From: a virus
Strand: one strand, 5' to 3'
DNA length: 64,000 nucleotides
IMG/VR virus record: IMGVR_UViG_3300047476_001246
The position numbers and the translations under genes were made by a program. Below the pieces are notes generated by a model. That model had not been told where the DNA came from, searched no databases, and was given only the letters and a program-made list of their open reading frames with translations. Positions 39,961 to 48,748 of this stretch are shown in pieces; positions within the stretch are counted from its first letter, which is position 1, and the number at the start of each line of letters is the position of its first letter.

Positions 39961-40293
39961 CCGTTTTTTTCGTTGCTTTTTTGCAACAGTTTTGGGTGTT
40001 GCTAAAGGTGCAACTTTAGTTGCATTTTTTAAACGATGAAATAGCATAGTAGCACGACCAAACTCAAAATTTGGATGCTTATACATGTAGTCAATTTTGC
40101 GCTCTAAAACTTGCAAAACTTCTAACAAGTCCATTTTTGTTGCAAAATCGCTATCCATTAGTATTTTGTTAACATCATGCTTGTCTAGCATGTATTCTAC
40201 CCATTTTTCTGTTGCGGGTATTTTGTAATATTGGACTATTGCTTTTTTGTTATTGCGTGTTGCATATTTTGTAATATATGTACGAGCAAACAT
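39958..40293 (-). CDS. Hypothetical basic protein
   Basis: 111 aa ORF with an AAGGAGG RBS. Confidence 0.7.
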   Translation of the reverse strand: MFARTYITKYATRNNKKAIVQYYKIPATEKWVEYMLDKHDVNKILMDSDFATKMDLLEVLQVLERKIDYMYKHPNFEFGRATMLFHRLKNATKVAPLATPKTVAKKQRKKR

Positions 40294-40319
40294 AAAGCCT
40301 CCTTTACTGAAGACTATGT

Positions 40320-40348
40320 ATTATATGCAAAAAGTGAATTATGTGCAA
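40320..40348 (-). promoter_or_regulatory. Sigma70 early promoter
   Basis: TTGCAC-17 bp-TATAAT. Confidence 0.7.
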
Positions 40349-40354
40349 CGGTTA

Positions 40355-40726
40355 TTAAAGTTGCAAGTTGTCGAGGTATTGTTGAAGATTATCCGCATGT
40401 AATTTTAACATAACAGCTTCTTCGTCGCCTAGCAGTAGCACGTGATCAAGTTTGTGTATATAATACGGACAAGTCATCAATCTACTCAATTGTATCAGAG
40501 TGCGATTTCGTAATGGTTCGGGAAGGACACATTCGTACACAGGAATCCGTGTATTTTTTTTAATAAATGTGATTCCCATTTTTGATAATCTAAGTTGATT
40601 GGTATTGGTGTGATTCCACCACCAATCAACCCAATAATTAGACTTTGCAACAGTGTCTACATCCAACCCCGCAGCCTGTATAAAAGCTTCGGTGTAGTGA
40701 TGTTGATTATGGGTAGATTTGATCAC
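40355..40726 (-). CDS. Hypothetical protein
   Basis: 123 aa ORF. Confidence 0.65.
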   Translation of the reverse strand: MIKSTHNQHHYTEAFIQAAGLDVDTVAKSNYWVDWWWNHTNTNQLRLSKMGITFIKKNTRIPVYECVLPEPLRNRTLIQLSRLMTCPYYIHKLDHVLLLGDEEAVMLKLHADNLQQYLDNLQL

Positions 40727-40994
40727 CTTGTTTCATTAAGACCACAGTGAATTTGTCTGTCTTGAACAGAGTGTTTAGTTTTTTGCAAAGATTAATAGCA
40801 TGCCCGCTATTGCTAAAGCTTACTTTCTTATATTTTGGACCAGGGTAATGCAGTAAGGTATGATGAGTTTTTAAATTAATGGGCGCATTGTCGTAGAATA
40901 CTGCCCAAATTCCTTCGGAACTTAGTACTTGATCACTTTTGTAGTTAGTTTTGTTCACGTGTTCTAACAACACAGTAGGTTTAGGTCTTGCCAT
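40707..40994 (-). CDS. Hypothetical protein
   Basis: 95 aa ORF with an AAGGA RBS and TAAATA upstream (41015-41020). Confidence 0.7.
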   Translation of the reverse strand: MARPKPTVLLEHVNKTNYKSDQVLSSEGIWAVFYDNAPINLKTHHTLLHYPGPKYKKVSFSNSGHAINLCKKLNTLFKTDKFTVVLMKQGDQIYP

Positions 40995-41039
40995 TGCTGG
41001 ATTCCTTGATTATATATTTATGACAGAAAACGGCGTAGT

Positions 41040-41252
41040 TTACTTAAACCCGCCTCCGTCCATAAACGTTTCCGAAGTTGGCTCACTTTCGGGCGTTGTT
41101 TGCATTTCAGCCAGGTTAGCCAGAAGTACATAGATATCTGCATGTAAATTTCTTGCTTCGTCCGCAGTTAACATAAGTTGTCTACTTCCGGTTTGATTCA
41201 TTTGTTGAATTTTGTTATTAAAATTTTTAAATGCTAGACTAAGTTTCTGCAC
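41040..41252 (-). CDS. Hypothetical protein
   Basis: 70 aa ORF ending MDGGGFK. Confidence 0.6.
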   Translation of the reverse strand: MQKLSLAFKNFNNKIQQMNQTGSRQLMLTADEARNLHADIYVLLANLAEMQTTPESEPTSETFMDGGGFK

Positions 41253-41718
41253 GATTCAGTTCCTTTAATTTGCTCGACATTTCTGCTTCTGTACGAAATG
41301 GACCAAGATATTGGTATCTATTAACGCTAATGCTTTTGGGACAAAACGCTTTGGTCCATGTATTGTTTAATAATAGCAAATAGTATCCTGCACAATATTG
41401 ACTTTTACTTTTTTCTGTCTTGGTATATATTGGCAATCGTTTCTTTACATCATATACAACATTATAAAATTTTCCAGAGACAGGATAGCCATACACTTGG
41501 TTTGTTTTTTCTTTAACGGCTTTCGCGGTTGATGTAGTAAATTTAATATTGTGTTGTTTGCTTAAAATTTTTATACTAGGATACTTTTCTCTATAATCGT
41601 TGTGAACATAAACAATACTGCCATCTTCTACAGCTTGTATGGTAGCAATTTTTTTGCCTTGGTCTTCAACTACCCAGAATTTATTCTTGACCACTGGTTT
41701 TGCAATTAGTTCGCTCAT
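41239..41718 (-). CDS. Hypothetical protein
   Basis: 159 aa ORF with an ATGA overlap. Confidence 0.7.
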   Translation of the reverse strand: MSELIAKPVVKNKFWVVEDQGKKIATIQAVEDGSIVYVHNDYREKYPSIKILSKQHNIKFTTSTAKAVKEKTNQVYGYPVSGKFYNVVYDVKKRLPIYTKTEKSKSQYCAGYYLLLLNNTWTKAFCPKSISVNRYQYLGPFRTEAEMSSKLKELNRAET

Positions 41719-41990
41719 GATGATTTAACTAACGTATGATGAGTCACGATTTTACCTAATTCCTGTCCTAGATCTTTATTATCGTCAATCACGTACATGT
41801 CACCTTCGTTGCCGTAGCCGGTTGATACTCTTACCACATATCCGCCGTGTGCGGTATGAACATCAAACGATATTTTTTTGTTAGGCAGTTTATTTTCACT
41901 GTTCCATCCTCCCAAATTGATTTGAGAAAGATCACTCACAGTCAATGGGCCAATCCCGGCTCCTGAACCTGCCATGGTGTAATTACTCAT
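41715..41990 (-). CDS. Hypothetical protein
   Basis: 91 aa ORF with ATGA overlaps. Confidence 0.65.
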   Translation of the reverse strand: MSNYTMAGSGAGIGPLTVSDLSQINLGGWNSENKLPNKKISFDVHTAHGGYVVRVSTGYGNEGDMYVIDDNKDLGQELGKIVTHHTLVKSS

Positions 41991-42259
41991 AGTTTCATTT
42001 GCTCCAACATGATTGCTTGTGCCACTTGTTTGGCAAAGTCTTCATCGTCGTGGATCATGTACAGCGTACCTTCGTGGCGATCAGTTTTATGATTGTAATT
42101 TTTACATTCTAAAATATGTCCGCCCACTGCATTGTATAAGGTAAAGTTCATACCGTTTATGGCCGGACTAGACCTATCTCGTTCCACTACTTCAACTCGC
42201 TCAAGTTGAATTTCATCATGGTTTAACCAATCAAGAATTTTTCTTTTTAACCACTTCAT
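41987..42259 (-). CDS. Hypothetical protein
   Basis: Start MKWLKR via ATGA overlap; weakly similar to the neighbouring gene (F.v..A.GG.......y.i.d..D....ia). Confidence 0.65.
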   Translation of the reverse strand: MKWLKRKILDWLNHDEIQLERVEVVERDRSSPAINGMNFTLYNAVGGHILECKNYNHKTDRHEGTLYMIHDDEDFAKQVAQAIMLEQMKL

Positions 42260-42603
42260 TGCTGTTCTTCCTCCATGCATAGTGCTTTCATCATTTCAAA
42301 TTTGTCGTTTAAATCTTTTAGGCCAGGATGTCGAGCTAATAGTTCTTTTAACTTTTGATCTTCCTGCATTTTTTTCTCGGCCCATTCAAGGATTCTCTTT
42401 GTGTCTTCGCTAAGATCAATGTTGGCTGATCCATTGGCAATCGTTTGCCACGTGCCACCATCATATACTTCCATGCCGCCACCGTTATGAGTGTTATAAC
42501 GTACCATGCCTGCAACTGGCTGTGTGGTATTAATATACGGTTTATTACCTTGATAAGTTTGCACGTTTAACCACTGACTGTTTCCGTAGATGTTATTGAT
42601 CAT
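42256..42603 (-). CDS. Hypothetical protein
   Basis: 115 aa ORF; GMVRYN...MEVYDG.TW. Confidence 0.65.
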   Translation of the reverse strand: MINNIYGNSQWLNVQTYQGNKPYINTTQPVAGMVRYNTHNGGGMEVYDGGTWQTIANGSANIDLSEDTKRILEWAEKKMQEDQKLKELLARHPGLKDLNDKFEMMKALCMEEEQQ

Positions 42604-42977
42604 TAAATGTATTCCGCTAATAATATTGAAACTGTAAAGCCAATCATCAAATATACCATGGCGTGTGCAAGTTGGTCAACACCAATCCACATCCAAAATC
42701 TATCTGACTCTGTACTCAATCTGACTGTAGCCCTACGATGAACTAAATCCATAGTGTAATGCAATACTGCGTCAAACACAGCTAGCATAACACAGGCCTG
42801 CAAATTTAAAAAATGCATCAGTATCACATAGGTCAAGGCACCATGTAAACCGGCATGCTGCAAACCGCCAAGTCTACCAAGGTGCCCTTTGTCTTTGATC
42901 ATTCTATCACTTTGCCAGCAGAAGTCTGCTAGAAAGTGTTTAACAAATAGTAAGGCCAATATTAGCCAAGTTGTCAT
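42603..42977 (-). CDS. DUF3307-like membrane protein
   Basis: KHFLADF..Q..M...K, HAGLHG, HYTMD, IGVDQLAH. Confidence 0.75.
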   Translation of the reverse strand: MTTWLILALLFVKHFLADFCWQSDRMIKDKGHLGRLGGLQHAGLHGALTYVILMHFLNLQACVMLAVFDAVLHYTMDLVHRRATVRLSTESDRFWMWIGVDQLAHAMVYLMIGFTVSILLAEYI

Positions 42978-43201
42978 TGGCCAAGTTCCTCCCACATCAA
43001 TTCGTTATCTTTTACATTAGCAACAAGTCGAATATAACCAAGAGAAAAAGCTCTTCGTATCGTCTCTTCTTCATATCGCGGGCATTTAGAATCAATTACA
43101 ACGCCGGCACGAGCTGCAACAGTTATGCCGTCGTGAATGTAAAAGCCGGGGTCGTCTTGTCCGATAGTTCTAATGTTAGATTCGTGTACAGTGTATGTCA
43201 T
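42974..43201 (-). CDS. Hypothetical protein
   Basis: 75 aa ORF with ATGA overlaps. Confidence 0.65.
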   Translation of the reverse strand: MTYTVHESNIRTIGQDDPGFYIHDGITVAARAGVVIDSKCPRYEEETIRRAFSLGYIRLVANVKDNELMWEELGQ

Positions 43202-43335
43202 CTAAAAATTGAGAGATACAGAAATGCTCCAAGCAGGCTACCAAATACGCCGCCGAAGCCTAAGAATCGCCAAGCCACAGCAGTAATCATGCCTTGAAAC
43301 AAGATCCACATTTGTAAGTCAAGTAGCGTACTCAT
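43198..43335 (-). CDS. Small membrane protein (45 aa, MSTLLDLQMWILFQGMITAVAWRFLGFGGVFGSLLGAFLYLSIFR), absent from the ORF track
   Basis: Translated by hand; ATGA overlaps at both ends. Confidence 0.65.
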   Translation of the reverse strand: MSTLLDLQMWILFQGMITAVAWRFLGFGGVFGSLLGAFLYLSIFR

Positions 43336-44321
43336 TCGGGGTACTCCGCACTTAATAGTTCTGCATAATTTGAACTATGTTCACTCAGTCGATTGAGTTC
43401 GTACTTGCCGCAGAACTTGAGAAACTGTGCTCCTACCATTGGGCGGCTCTTTTTCACCGCACCAGCTTGCACTGTTTCGTTGATCTTTGCTTTGATATCT
43501 GCAGGCTGTGCAGCAAGATCCACTAGAGTCACATTACGATTGTAATCGTCTAGTACTCTATGCTCAACTCCATTGTGGTCAGTCCACCGCTGGAGCATGA
43601 GATTGTTCCAATCAAATCCCTTTTTATCTTTGTCAGCAAAAGCTTCAGTGAGACCAACTTTATTTTTGCTACCTTTGGTCCTAACACCAGGATAGGCGGA
43701 AAAGACGTTATCTGTTGGATCACCGCGCATACACTTCTCAAACAGGATCCATTTTGGATCAGGTATGACCTTGGGAGCTTTAGTTTTCTTGTCAATGACC
43801 AGTTTACCTTTCTTGTCAAAGATACCTTCTAGAGTGTGAAGCTCGTCGGCAACACCATTGTATTGTTGTACGTTCGGCGCCAGCAGCTGGTGAAAGTCTG
43901 TGTCGGAAGAAACAATAACATGATGGTCATTGGGGTGGTTCCAGATCCAACCAGAGATAAGATCATCTGCTTCGAGCTCGCTGTGTTGGAGCACGGTGCA
44001 ATTAGTTTTCTCAGCAAGAAAAGTCTTAAGGTTATCGAAAGCTTCCCAAAAAAGTCGGTCCTCTTCGGCTTCCGTCTCCGTAAGAGCCGCCCTTGCGACT
44101 GCCCGATTCTTTTTATATGGCTCATAGAAATCTTTGCGCCATGACCGTCCCTCCAAACAGAATACCACGTGATCGGCCTTTTGATCACGCCATGCTTTGT
44201 TGACTGACGCCAAGGTGACATGTATGGCAAATCCTAGTTTATCCCAGGTGTCCGATTGACGATGTGCCGAATGCCGAGCACGAAAGAATGTATTGGCTGT
44301 GTCTACGATTAGATATCTCAT
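43332..44321 (-). CDS. rnh: T4-type RNase H / 5'-3' flap exonuclease
   Basis: LIVD..N, WRKDFY.PYKKNR, LEADDLI, SSDTDFHQL, GDPTDNV. Confidence 0.88.
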   Translation of the reverse strand: MRYLIVDTANTFFRARHSAHRQSDTWDKLGFAIHVTLASVNKAWRDQKADHVVFCLEGRSWRKDFYEPYKKNRAVARAALTETEAEEDRLFWEAFDNLKTFLAEKTNCTVLQHSELEADDLISGWIWNHPNDHHVIVSSDTDFHQLLAPNVQQYNGVADELHTLEGIFDKKGKLVIDKKTKAPKVIPDPKWILFEKCMRGDPTDNVFSAYPGVRTKGSKNKVGLTEAFADKDKKGFDWNNLMLQRWTDHNGVEHRVLDDYNRNVTLVDLAAQPADIKAKINETVQAGAVKKSRPMVGAQFLKFCGKYELNRLSEHSSNYAELLSAEYPE

Positions 44322-44327
44322 GCAGTA

Positions 44328-44356
44328 ATAGTAGCATATTACAATAATCTAGTCAA
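44328..44356 (-). promoter_or_regulatory. Sigma70 promoter with an extended -10
   Basis: TTGACT-17 bp-TACTAT with TG; the ATG follows within ~7 nt, so the mRNA may be leaderless. Confidence 0.6.
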
Positions 44357-45022
44357 GTGCGGTAGCAGAAATTCTGCCCATTTTCTGTGAGCATCTGCTC
44401 GAAAATGATAAGACGGATTGGAAAGGAATCCGTGATTGGTTAACCATTTCCAATATGTCATATCCGGATCATACGGATCAATATACGATCCGTTCCAATC
44501 TTGCATTGGTTGATTTTGGAAATCGCTATAGCAATTAAAAAATAAATGAGGAATGGATAAGTTGGTTAGTTCTTGATGAAATTCAAAAATTTCTTTGTGT
44601 GCTTTGTGCTCGTAGTGCGCCCAATCAATATTGACAACGTATTTTTTATAACGTTCTTTGATTTCTTCGGGCCAGTCGTTTCCCACTCCGCCGGCATTCA
44701 CTTGCCAAAAGATATCGTTGAGCAGCCACTCTTCTCTTTCCCAGGTGCTCCATCCGATAACAATTACATCCGGTATGCCTTCATTTTTGAGATAATCTCT
44801 TGTTGTTCTTATTATTCTTGTATTGCTACTAGCCGATTCTGCATCACAATGCAATATGGCTCCTAATTCATTAGCAAGCAAGCAACCATAACTGGCACGT
44901 TCATTTTCTGGATGTGGCTGTCGTCCCAATCCTCGATATAAAGGATCGTCTTCGGCAAAACAATAGGGAACTACCGCTTCGGCACCGGCACTGTGACTAT
45001 CGCCGTTTACATAAAGTATCAA
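44339..45022 (-). CDS. SGNH-like protein
   Basis: YVNGDSHSAG, SASSN.RI.R, IGWSTWER, YHF..DAH. Confidence 0.55.
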   Translation of the reverse strand: MILYVNGDSHSAGAEAVVPYCFAEDDPLYRGLGRQPHPENERASYGCLLANELGAILHCDAESASSNTRIIRTTRDYLKNEGIPDVIVIGWSTWEREEWLLNDIFWQVNAGGVGNDWPEEIKERYKKYVVNIDWAHYEHKAHKEIFEFHQELTNLSIPHLFFNCYSDFQNQPMQDWNGSYIDPYDPDMTYWKWLTNHGFLSNPSYHFRADAHRKWAEFLLPHLTRLL

Positions 45023-45417
45023 GATATCTCCGACCGACCGTTTCCTAAATCGTTTCGATCTACTCGACGCGGTCGAGCATCAATGGGTTGGTTGGCTTCC
45101 CATTGTTCGAAGTTCTCGTTCAAAATATTACGGCATACACCCTGAAACCAACGATCCACAATTTCAGCATCGGTGTCATCTTTTTTCTGCATGTATCCGG
45201 CTTTTACCAGTCTAGCAACAAATACTTCATTCCAATCTAGTTCAAAAGCACCATTGCCAACATCATCTGGATCAAGCTCTACACTGACAACGCTGATGTA
45301 AGGTTCGCCGGCTTCGGTAGCAATTTCTTTTTCTGATTTGGGTTTTACCTTAGGCTTTGGTTCTGATTTTGCTACTTTTGGTTCTTCTTTAACTTTTTTC
45401 TTTAAGAAATCAAACAT
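45019..45417 (-). CDS. Hypothetical protein
   Basis: Likely start MFDFLKK; GAFELDWN. Confidence 0.65.
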   Translation of the reverse strand: MFDFLKKKVKEEPKVAKSEPKPKVKPKSEKEIATEAGEPYISVVSVELDPDDVGNGAFELDWNEVFVARLVKAGYMQKKDDTDAEIVDRWFQGVCRNILNENFEQWEANQPIDARPRRVDRNDLGNGRSEIS

Positions 45418-45440
45418 TTCAAATATCCCGTCTAAGTACA

Positions 45441-45665
45441 TTATATAGTACCTTTCAATTTTTCCACTAACCAAGTGTCTTTGTCCATCCAGCGTTTTTC
45501 TCTAAGAAAAATGCTTTCGTACAAACTTTCTATAGTACCGCAGTACGCCCATTCGAGCCAGATTATTCGTCGAGTTCGAATACAGCGGTGGGGCAAAATA
45601 GCAAAGCACGATTTCCATTTCGTAGCAATACGATAGAAATGTTCATAGTCAAAATCAATCCTCAT
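45441..45665 (-). CDS. Hypothetical protein
   Basis: 74 aa ORF with an ATGA overlap. Confidence 0.55.
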   Translation of the reverse strand: MRIDFDYEHFYRIATKWKSCFAILPHRCIRTRRIIWLEWAYCGTIESLYESIFLREKRWMDKDTWLVEKLKGTI

Positions 45666-45859
45666 TGAGATTGCTCCGTTTGATTTTGAATCCAGCCTAC
45701 TTCGTAATAAAGTCCTAGTATATCTAAGTATTCTAATTTGTAATACTTGAAACTAAGTTTTCTTTTGTTAGTTTTTAATACCCAAACACGATCTTTTATC
45801 CTTAAAGACCAAACATGTCCTTGATTAGTCCGCACATGATAAAAGTTTAGTATGGACAT
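45662..45859 (-). CDS. Hypothetical protein
   Basis: Short ORF; its start overlaps the queE stop. Confidence 0.5.
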   Translation of the reverse strand: MSILNFYHVRTNQGHVWSLRIKDRVWVLKTNKRKLSFKYYKLEYLDILGLYYEVGWIQNQTEQSQ

Positions 45860-46716
45860 TAAGTGCCCCACTCATTTTTAAACAGTGGTACCTGTAGTCG
45901 ATCGCTATAACGCAAGCCATGCTTCATTGCATGTAGTGCAACTGCTTTATTATTAAGAGAGTATACACTTTCTACACCGCCCACAGGCATTAGATACACA
46001 TCGCCCTTAAACCCTGCTGCACGATATTGTTCGTGTGCTTTCAATGCATCACGTACATCCTCATCTGTGGCAACAACAAACTTGAGATACGTGTGTCCAA
46101 TTTCTTCGTAGCTGCGAACAATGTCTGGTCGAATAGCATCTTCCCACCGTTCGCCACTGGCAGGAAGTTTAGCACTTACACTAAATGTAAGAGCATTGCG
46201 TCCTCTGCGACCAAGTTTTGGATTCAATGTCCAGTCCAGCAAGTAATGTCTAAAATCTTTTGACAGCTCTTGAGTACCGTTTGTTTCAAAAGTAATTTCT
46301 TTTAGTTTTTGCATACGAGGATGATTTAGCAGATCCTCATAACTGCGTTGCCAACCCAGTAAGGGTTCACCGCCAGTGATAACAAGATGTTCTTCCTTCC
46401 ATTTACCATGCGGAAGAATTTCCATGATACGTTCCACAATGGCATCACTAGTTAATACAGGACTAAGATCTTTGAATCTTGGATCCCAGCTAGCATAACT
46501 ATCACAGCCTGTACTTACCAATGGTAGTTCTTCATACCGGCTATACTTGTTGGGATCTACAGACTCAGCTTCTTTACTTAACTCACCTCTAGGCATACCA
46601 AAGCCGGCACATTTGAAGTTGCATCCGAATGTGCGTAAGAACACACTGGGCACACCCATATAGCGTCCTTCGCCTTGTATACTATAAAATAATTCTGCTA
46701 CTTTGATTTTGCTCAT
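45859..46716 (-). CDS. queE: 7-carboxy-7-deazaguanine synthase (radical SAM)
   Basis: ELFYSIQGEG, FLRTFGCNFKC...CDS, ITGGEPLL, ETNGT, RLQV. Confidence 0.92.
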   Translation of the reverse strand: MSKIKVAELFYSIQGEGRYMGVPSVFLRTFGCNFKCAGFGMPRGELSKEAESVDPNKYSRYEELPLVSTGCDSYASWDPRFKDLSPVLTSDAIVERIMEILPHGKWKEEHLVITGGEPLLGWQRSYEDLLNHPRMQKLKEITFETNGTQELSKDFRHYLLDWTLNPKLGRRGRNALTFSVSAKLPASGERWEDAIRPDIVRSYEEIGHTYLKFVVATDEDVRDALKAHEQYRAAGFKGDVYLMPVGGVESVYSLNNKAVALHAMKHGLRYSDRLQVPLFKNEWGT

Positions 46717-46719
46717 AAT

Positions 46720-46869
46720 TTACCAATGTCGAATAATACCTGCAACAATAAACAGGTTTGTTACAATATATACTAGCACAATAGCGGTACGGATGCAAGC
46801 AATTTTGTTTGCTTCTGCATCCGTAGTTCCTGCTTTTTCGCCTAGTGATTTAGCCCAGAGACGCCACAT
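46720..46869 (-). CDS. Small membrane protein (49 aa, MWRLWAKSLGEKAGTTDAEANKIACIRTAIVLVYIVTNLFIVAGIIRHW), absent from the ORF track
   Basis: Translated by hand; fills the gap between the cupin and queE. Confidence 0.7.
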   Translation of the reverse strand: MWRLWAKSLGEKAGTTDAEANKIACIRTAIVLVYIVTNLFIVAGIIRHW

Positions 46870-47210
46870 CAATGATTTCGTTTTCCGTCAAATACACAAT
46901 TGAATACAAGATTCATTTCGCCAGTGTTGATTACACGATGAAATGCACCATCTGGGATTAGCACAATGTCTCCGGCCTTGACTGGAAATGGTGTATCCGT
47001 TTCGTTGCCTACAATCATTTCTCCAAAACCTTGTACAAAGAAATATACTTCTTCTTGCCCAGCGTGTCTATGTCCTCTTGTACTTTGTCCTCGATATAGT
47101 TTGGTAGAACTTAATACAAGATTGTTTAATGTTCGATTGTCTTTAAGCAGGTAAACATCGTTGTCTTTGACAATTTCACCGCCAATGTCGTGTACATTGT
47201 ATTTGTTCAT
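46869..47210 (-). CDS. Cupin domain protein
   Basis: GHRH..QEEVYFF..G.G, GDIVLIP.G.FH.V.N. Confidence 0.85.
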   Translation of the reverse strand: MNKYNVHDIGGEIVKDNDVYLLKDNRTLNNLVLSSTKLYRGQSTRGHRHAGQEEVYFFVQGFGEMIVGNETDTPFPVKAGDIVLIPDGAFHRVINTGEMNLVFNCVFDGKRNH

Positions 47211-47326
47211 GCAAATAAATCCTCATTCCATTCACGATGTCCTTCACGGAAAGCCATGTTAGCTTGTGTTTCGCGAACTTCAACACGATAGCACCATAAG
47301 CGTTGTTCTAACCGTGTATTAAACAT
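47207..47326 (-). pseudogene. Displaced original 3' end of queD, now a 39-aa mini-ORF (MFNTRLEQ-RLWCYRVEVRETQANMAFREGHREWNEDLFA)
   Basis: 29/30 aa identical to the QueD C-terminus encoded at 48764-48853; its TGA overlaps the cupin ATG. Confidence 0.85.
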
Positions 47327-47624
47327 TTTTTAATCCTATTCTACTATAACCTAACTTTGACTTGAGTTCCCTGCTTTTCTTCTCTGGTTTCCATGCTCTA
47401 GGATCAACTGTTTCGCCTGTGAGTTCATAACGAAAGTCTGGATCATAAACCATATAGCCCAACTTGTTCCATTTGATTACCCCGTCATCAAAGAGAAAGA
47501 TACAACCACGACACATACAGAAACTGGCACCGTTGTTACTCATTACATTACCATTTACCGTGCCAACATATTTGACGACACGACCTTGGTGCATTTCTTT
47601 CAGTGCTTCGTAGTAGTCAATCAT
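47319..47624 (-). CDS. Hypothetical protein (cassette passenger)
   Basis: 101 aa ORF with an ATGA overlap. Confidence 0.65.
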   Translation of the reverse strand: MIDYYEALKEMHQGRVVKYVGTVNGNVMSNNGASFCMCRGCIFLFDDGVIKWNKLGYMVYDPDFRYELTGETVDPRAWKPEKKSRELKSKLGYSRIGLKNV

Positions 47625-47851
47625 TTTTCAACTCCAAAAACAAATTTGATACGGTTGGCAACAACCTTGCCTTCATACCGTGTATCGTTAGCAACATCTA
47701 AACATTCATTGATGATTAGTTCAGCAAACTTAGCCAAACGGATCTTGTCCCATTCTTGAATTTTGAATCCATGATCGGGATCAAATTGATATGTCTTATC
47801 AGCAGACAAGTTAGCCTGTTCAGTAAGTTGTTTTATCTTCTGTTCGTTCAT
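47621..47851 (-). CDS. Hypothetical protein (cassette passenger)
   Basis: 76 aa ORF; KFAELIINEC motif common in small phage ORFs. Confidence 0.65.
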   Translation of the reverse strand: MNEQKIKQLTEQANLSADKTYQFDPDHGFKIQEWDKIRLAKFAELIINECLDVANDTRYEGKVVANRIKFVFGVEK

Positions 47852-48708
47852 AGGTAATAATATTCCTTGTTGGCTGGGTCTTTTAATCTACTATGTAGTT
47901 TGTATTCAGATATGTTTAATTCTAACATAGCCTGTTTGAGAGTGTCAAATGTTCTGGATTCGGCTACAATCTTTCTTGCCCTGCCGTTTTGACTACCAGC
48001 ACATTTACCTTTTCTACCTTTACTGCTTTTTTCAAAAACCTCTTGTCGTTTTTCTTCTGACCAGTTTGCTCTTGTTTCTTTGGCTTTCTGTCTTGCTAAT
48101 GTTTCGGATTCTGGATTGCGGTTCTCTACACCTTTTCGTGCCGCTTCTTTTCTGCGTTCTTCGCCCATTCGCTCTTTACCTAACCGGGCACTACGCTTTC
48201 TATCTTCTGGATCACGAGCCTTTACACCTTCTACTAATCGCGGTATATTATCTCGTAATCGTTCTTTTAACTTCAGTCCTTCTTCAGTCTGATACCATTC
48301 TTTAGTTTTAGTATGGACAGTATCTAACAATCTTTTCTTTTCTTCTTCAGTTCTGTTTGCCCATATTTGTTTGATTTGATTACTAAACTCTCGACGGCGT
48401 TCGTCGGTCCAGCCAGCTTTAGTGTCTCCGCCTATTACATCCTTTGCTACATTGTAGTAGTCATCGGAATAGTAGGCATTGACTTTATCTAAATAGAATT
48501 TTTCACGCTCTAATAGATATTGCCGATCTTCAATTTCAACATATTCAATAATAGAACGGGTAAAGTTTTCTATTCCGTGTTTTTTTACAGCCCTTTGAAA
48601 AACTTTACCAGATCCAACATATCCATCGTCTATGGTACCAGCATGTGAACCAATATACTTTTTACCATTGATGTTATTGGTCCACTCGTAAATAAATCCA
48701 TAATACAT
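47848..48708 (-). CDS. GIY-YIG (Seg-like) homing endonuclease
   Basis: GFIYEWTN.INGKKYIGSH, YVGSG, F.R.I.E, EREKFY, YYN; basic helical C-terminal DNA-binding region. Confidence 0.88.
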   Translation of the reverse strand: MYYGFIYEWTNNINGKKYIGSHAGTIDDGYVGSGKVFQRAVKKHGIENFTRSIIEYVEIEDRQYLLEREKFYLDKVNAYYSDDYYNVAKDVIGGDTKAGWTDERRREFSNQIKQIWANRTEEEKKRLLDTVHTKTKEWYQTEEGLKLKERLRDNIPRLVEGVKARDPEDRKRSARLGKERMGEERRKEAARKGVENRNPESETLARQKAKETRANWSEEKRQEVFEKSSKGRKGKCAGSQNGRARKIVAESRTFDTLKQAMLELNISEYKLHSRLKDPANKEYYYL

Positions 48709-48748
48709 AGTTCGTCCTTTGCTACTAACTATGTTTATTTATGCTGAT

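Noticed and set aside
47303-48748. Group I intron or intein in queD
   Set aside because: queD is complete with its own stop before the insert, the insert is fully occupied by ORFs and no intron core or intein motifs are visible
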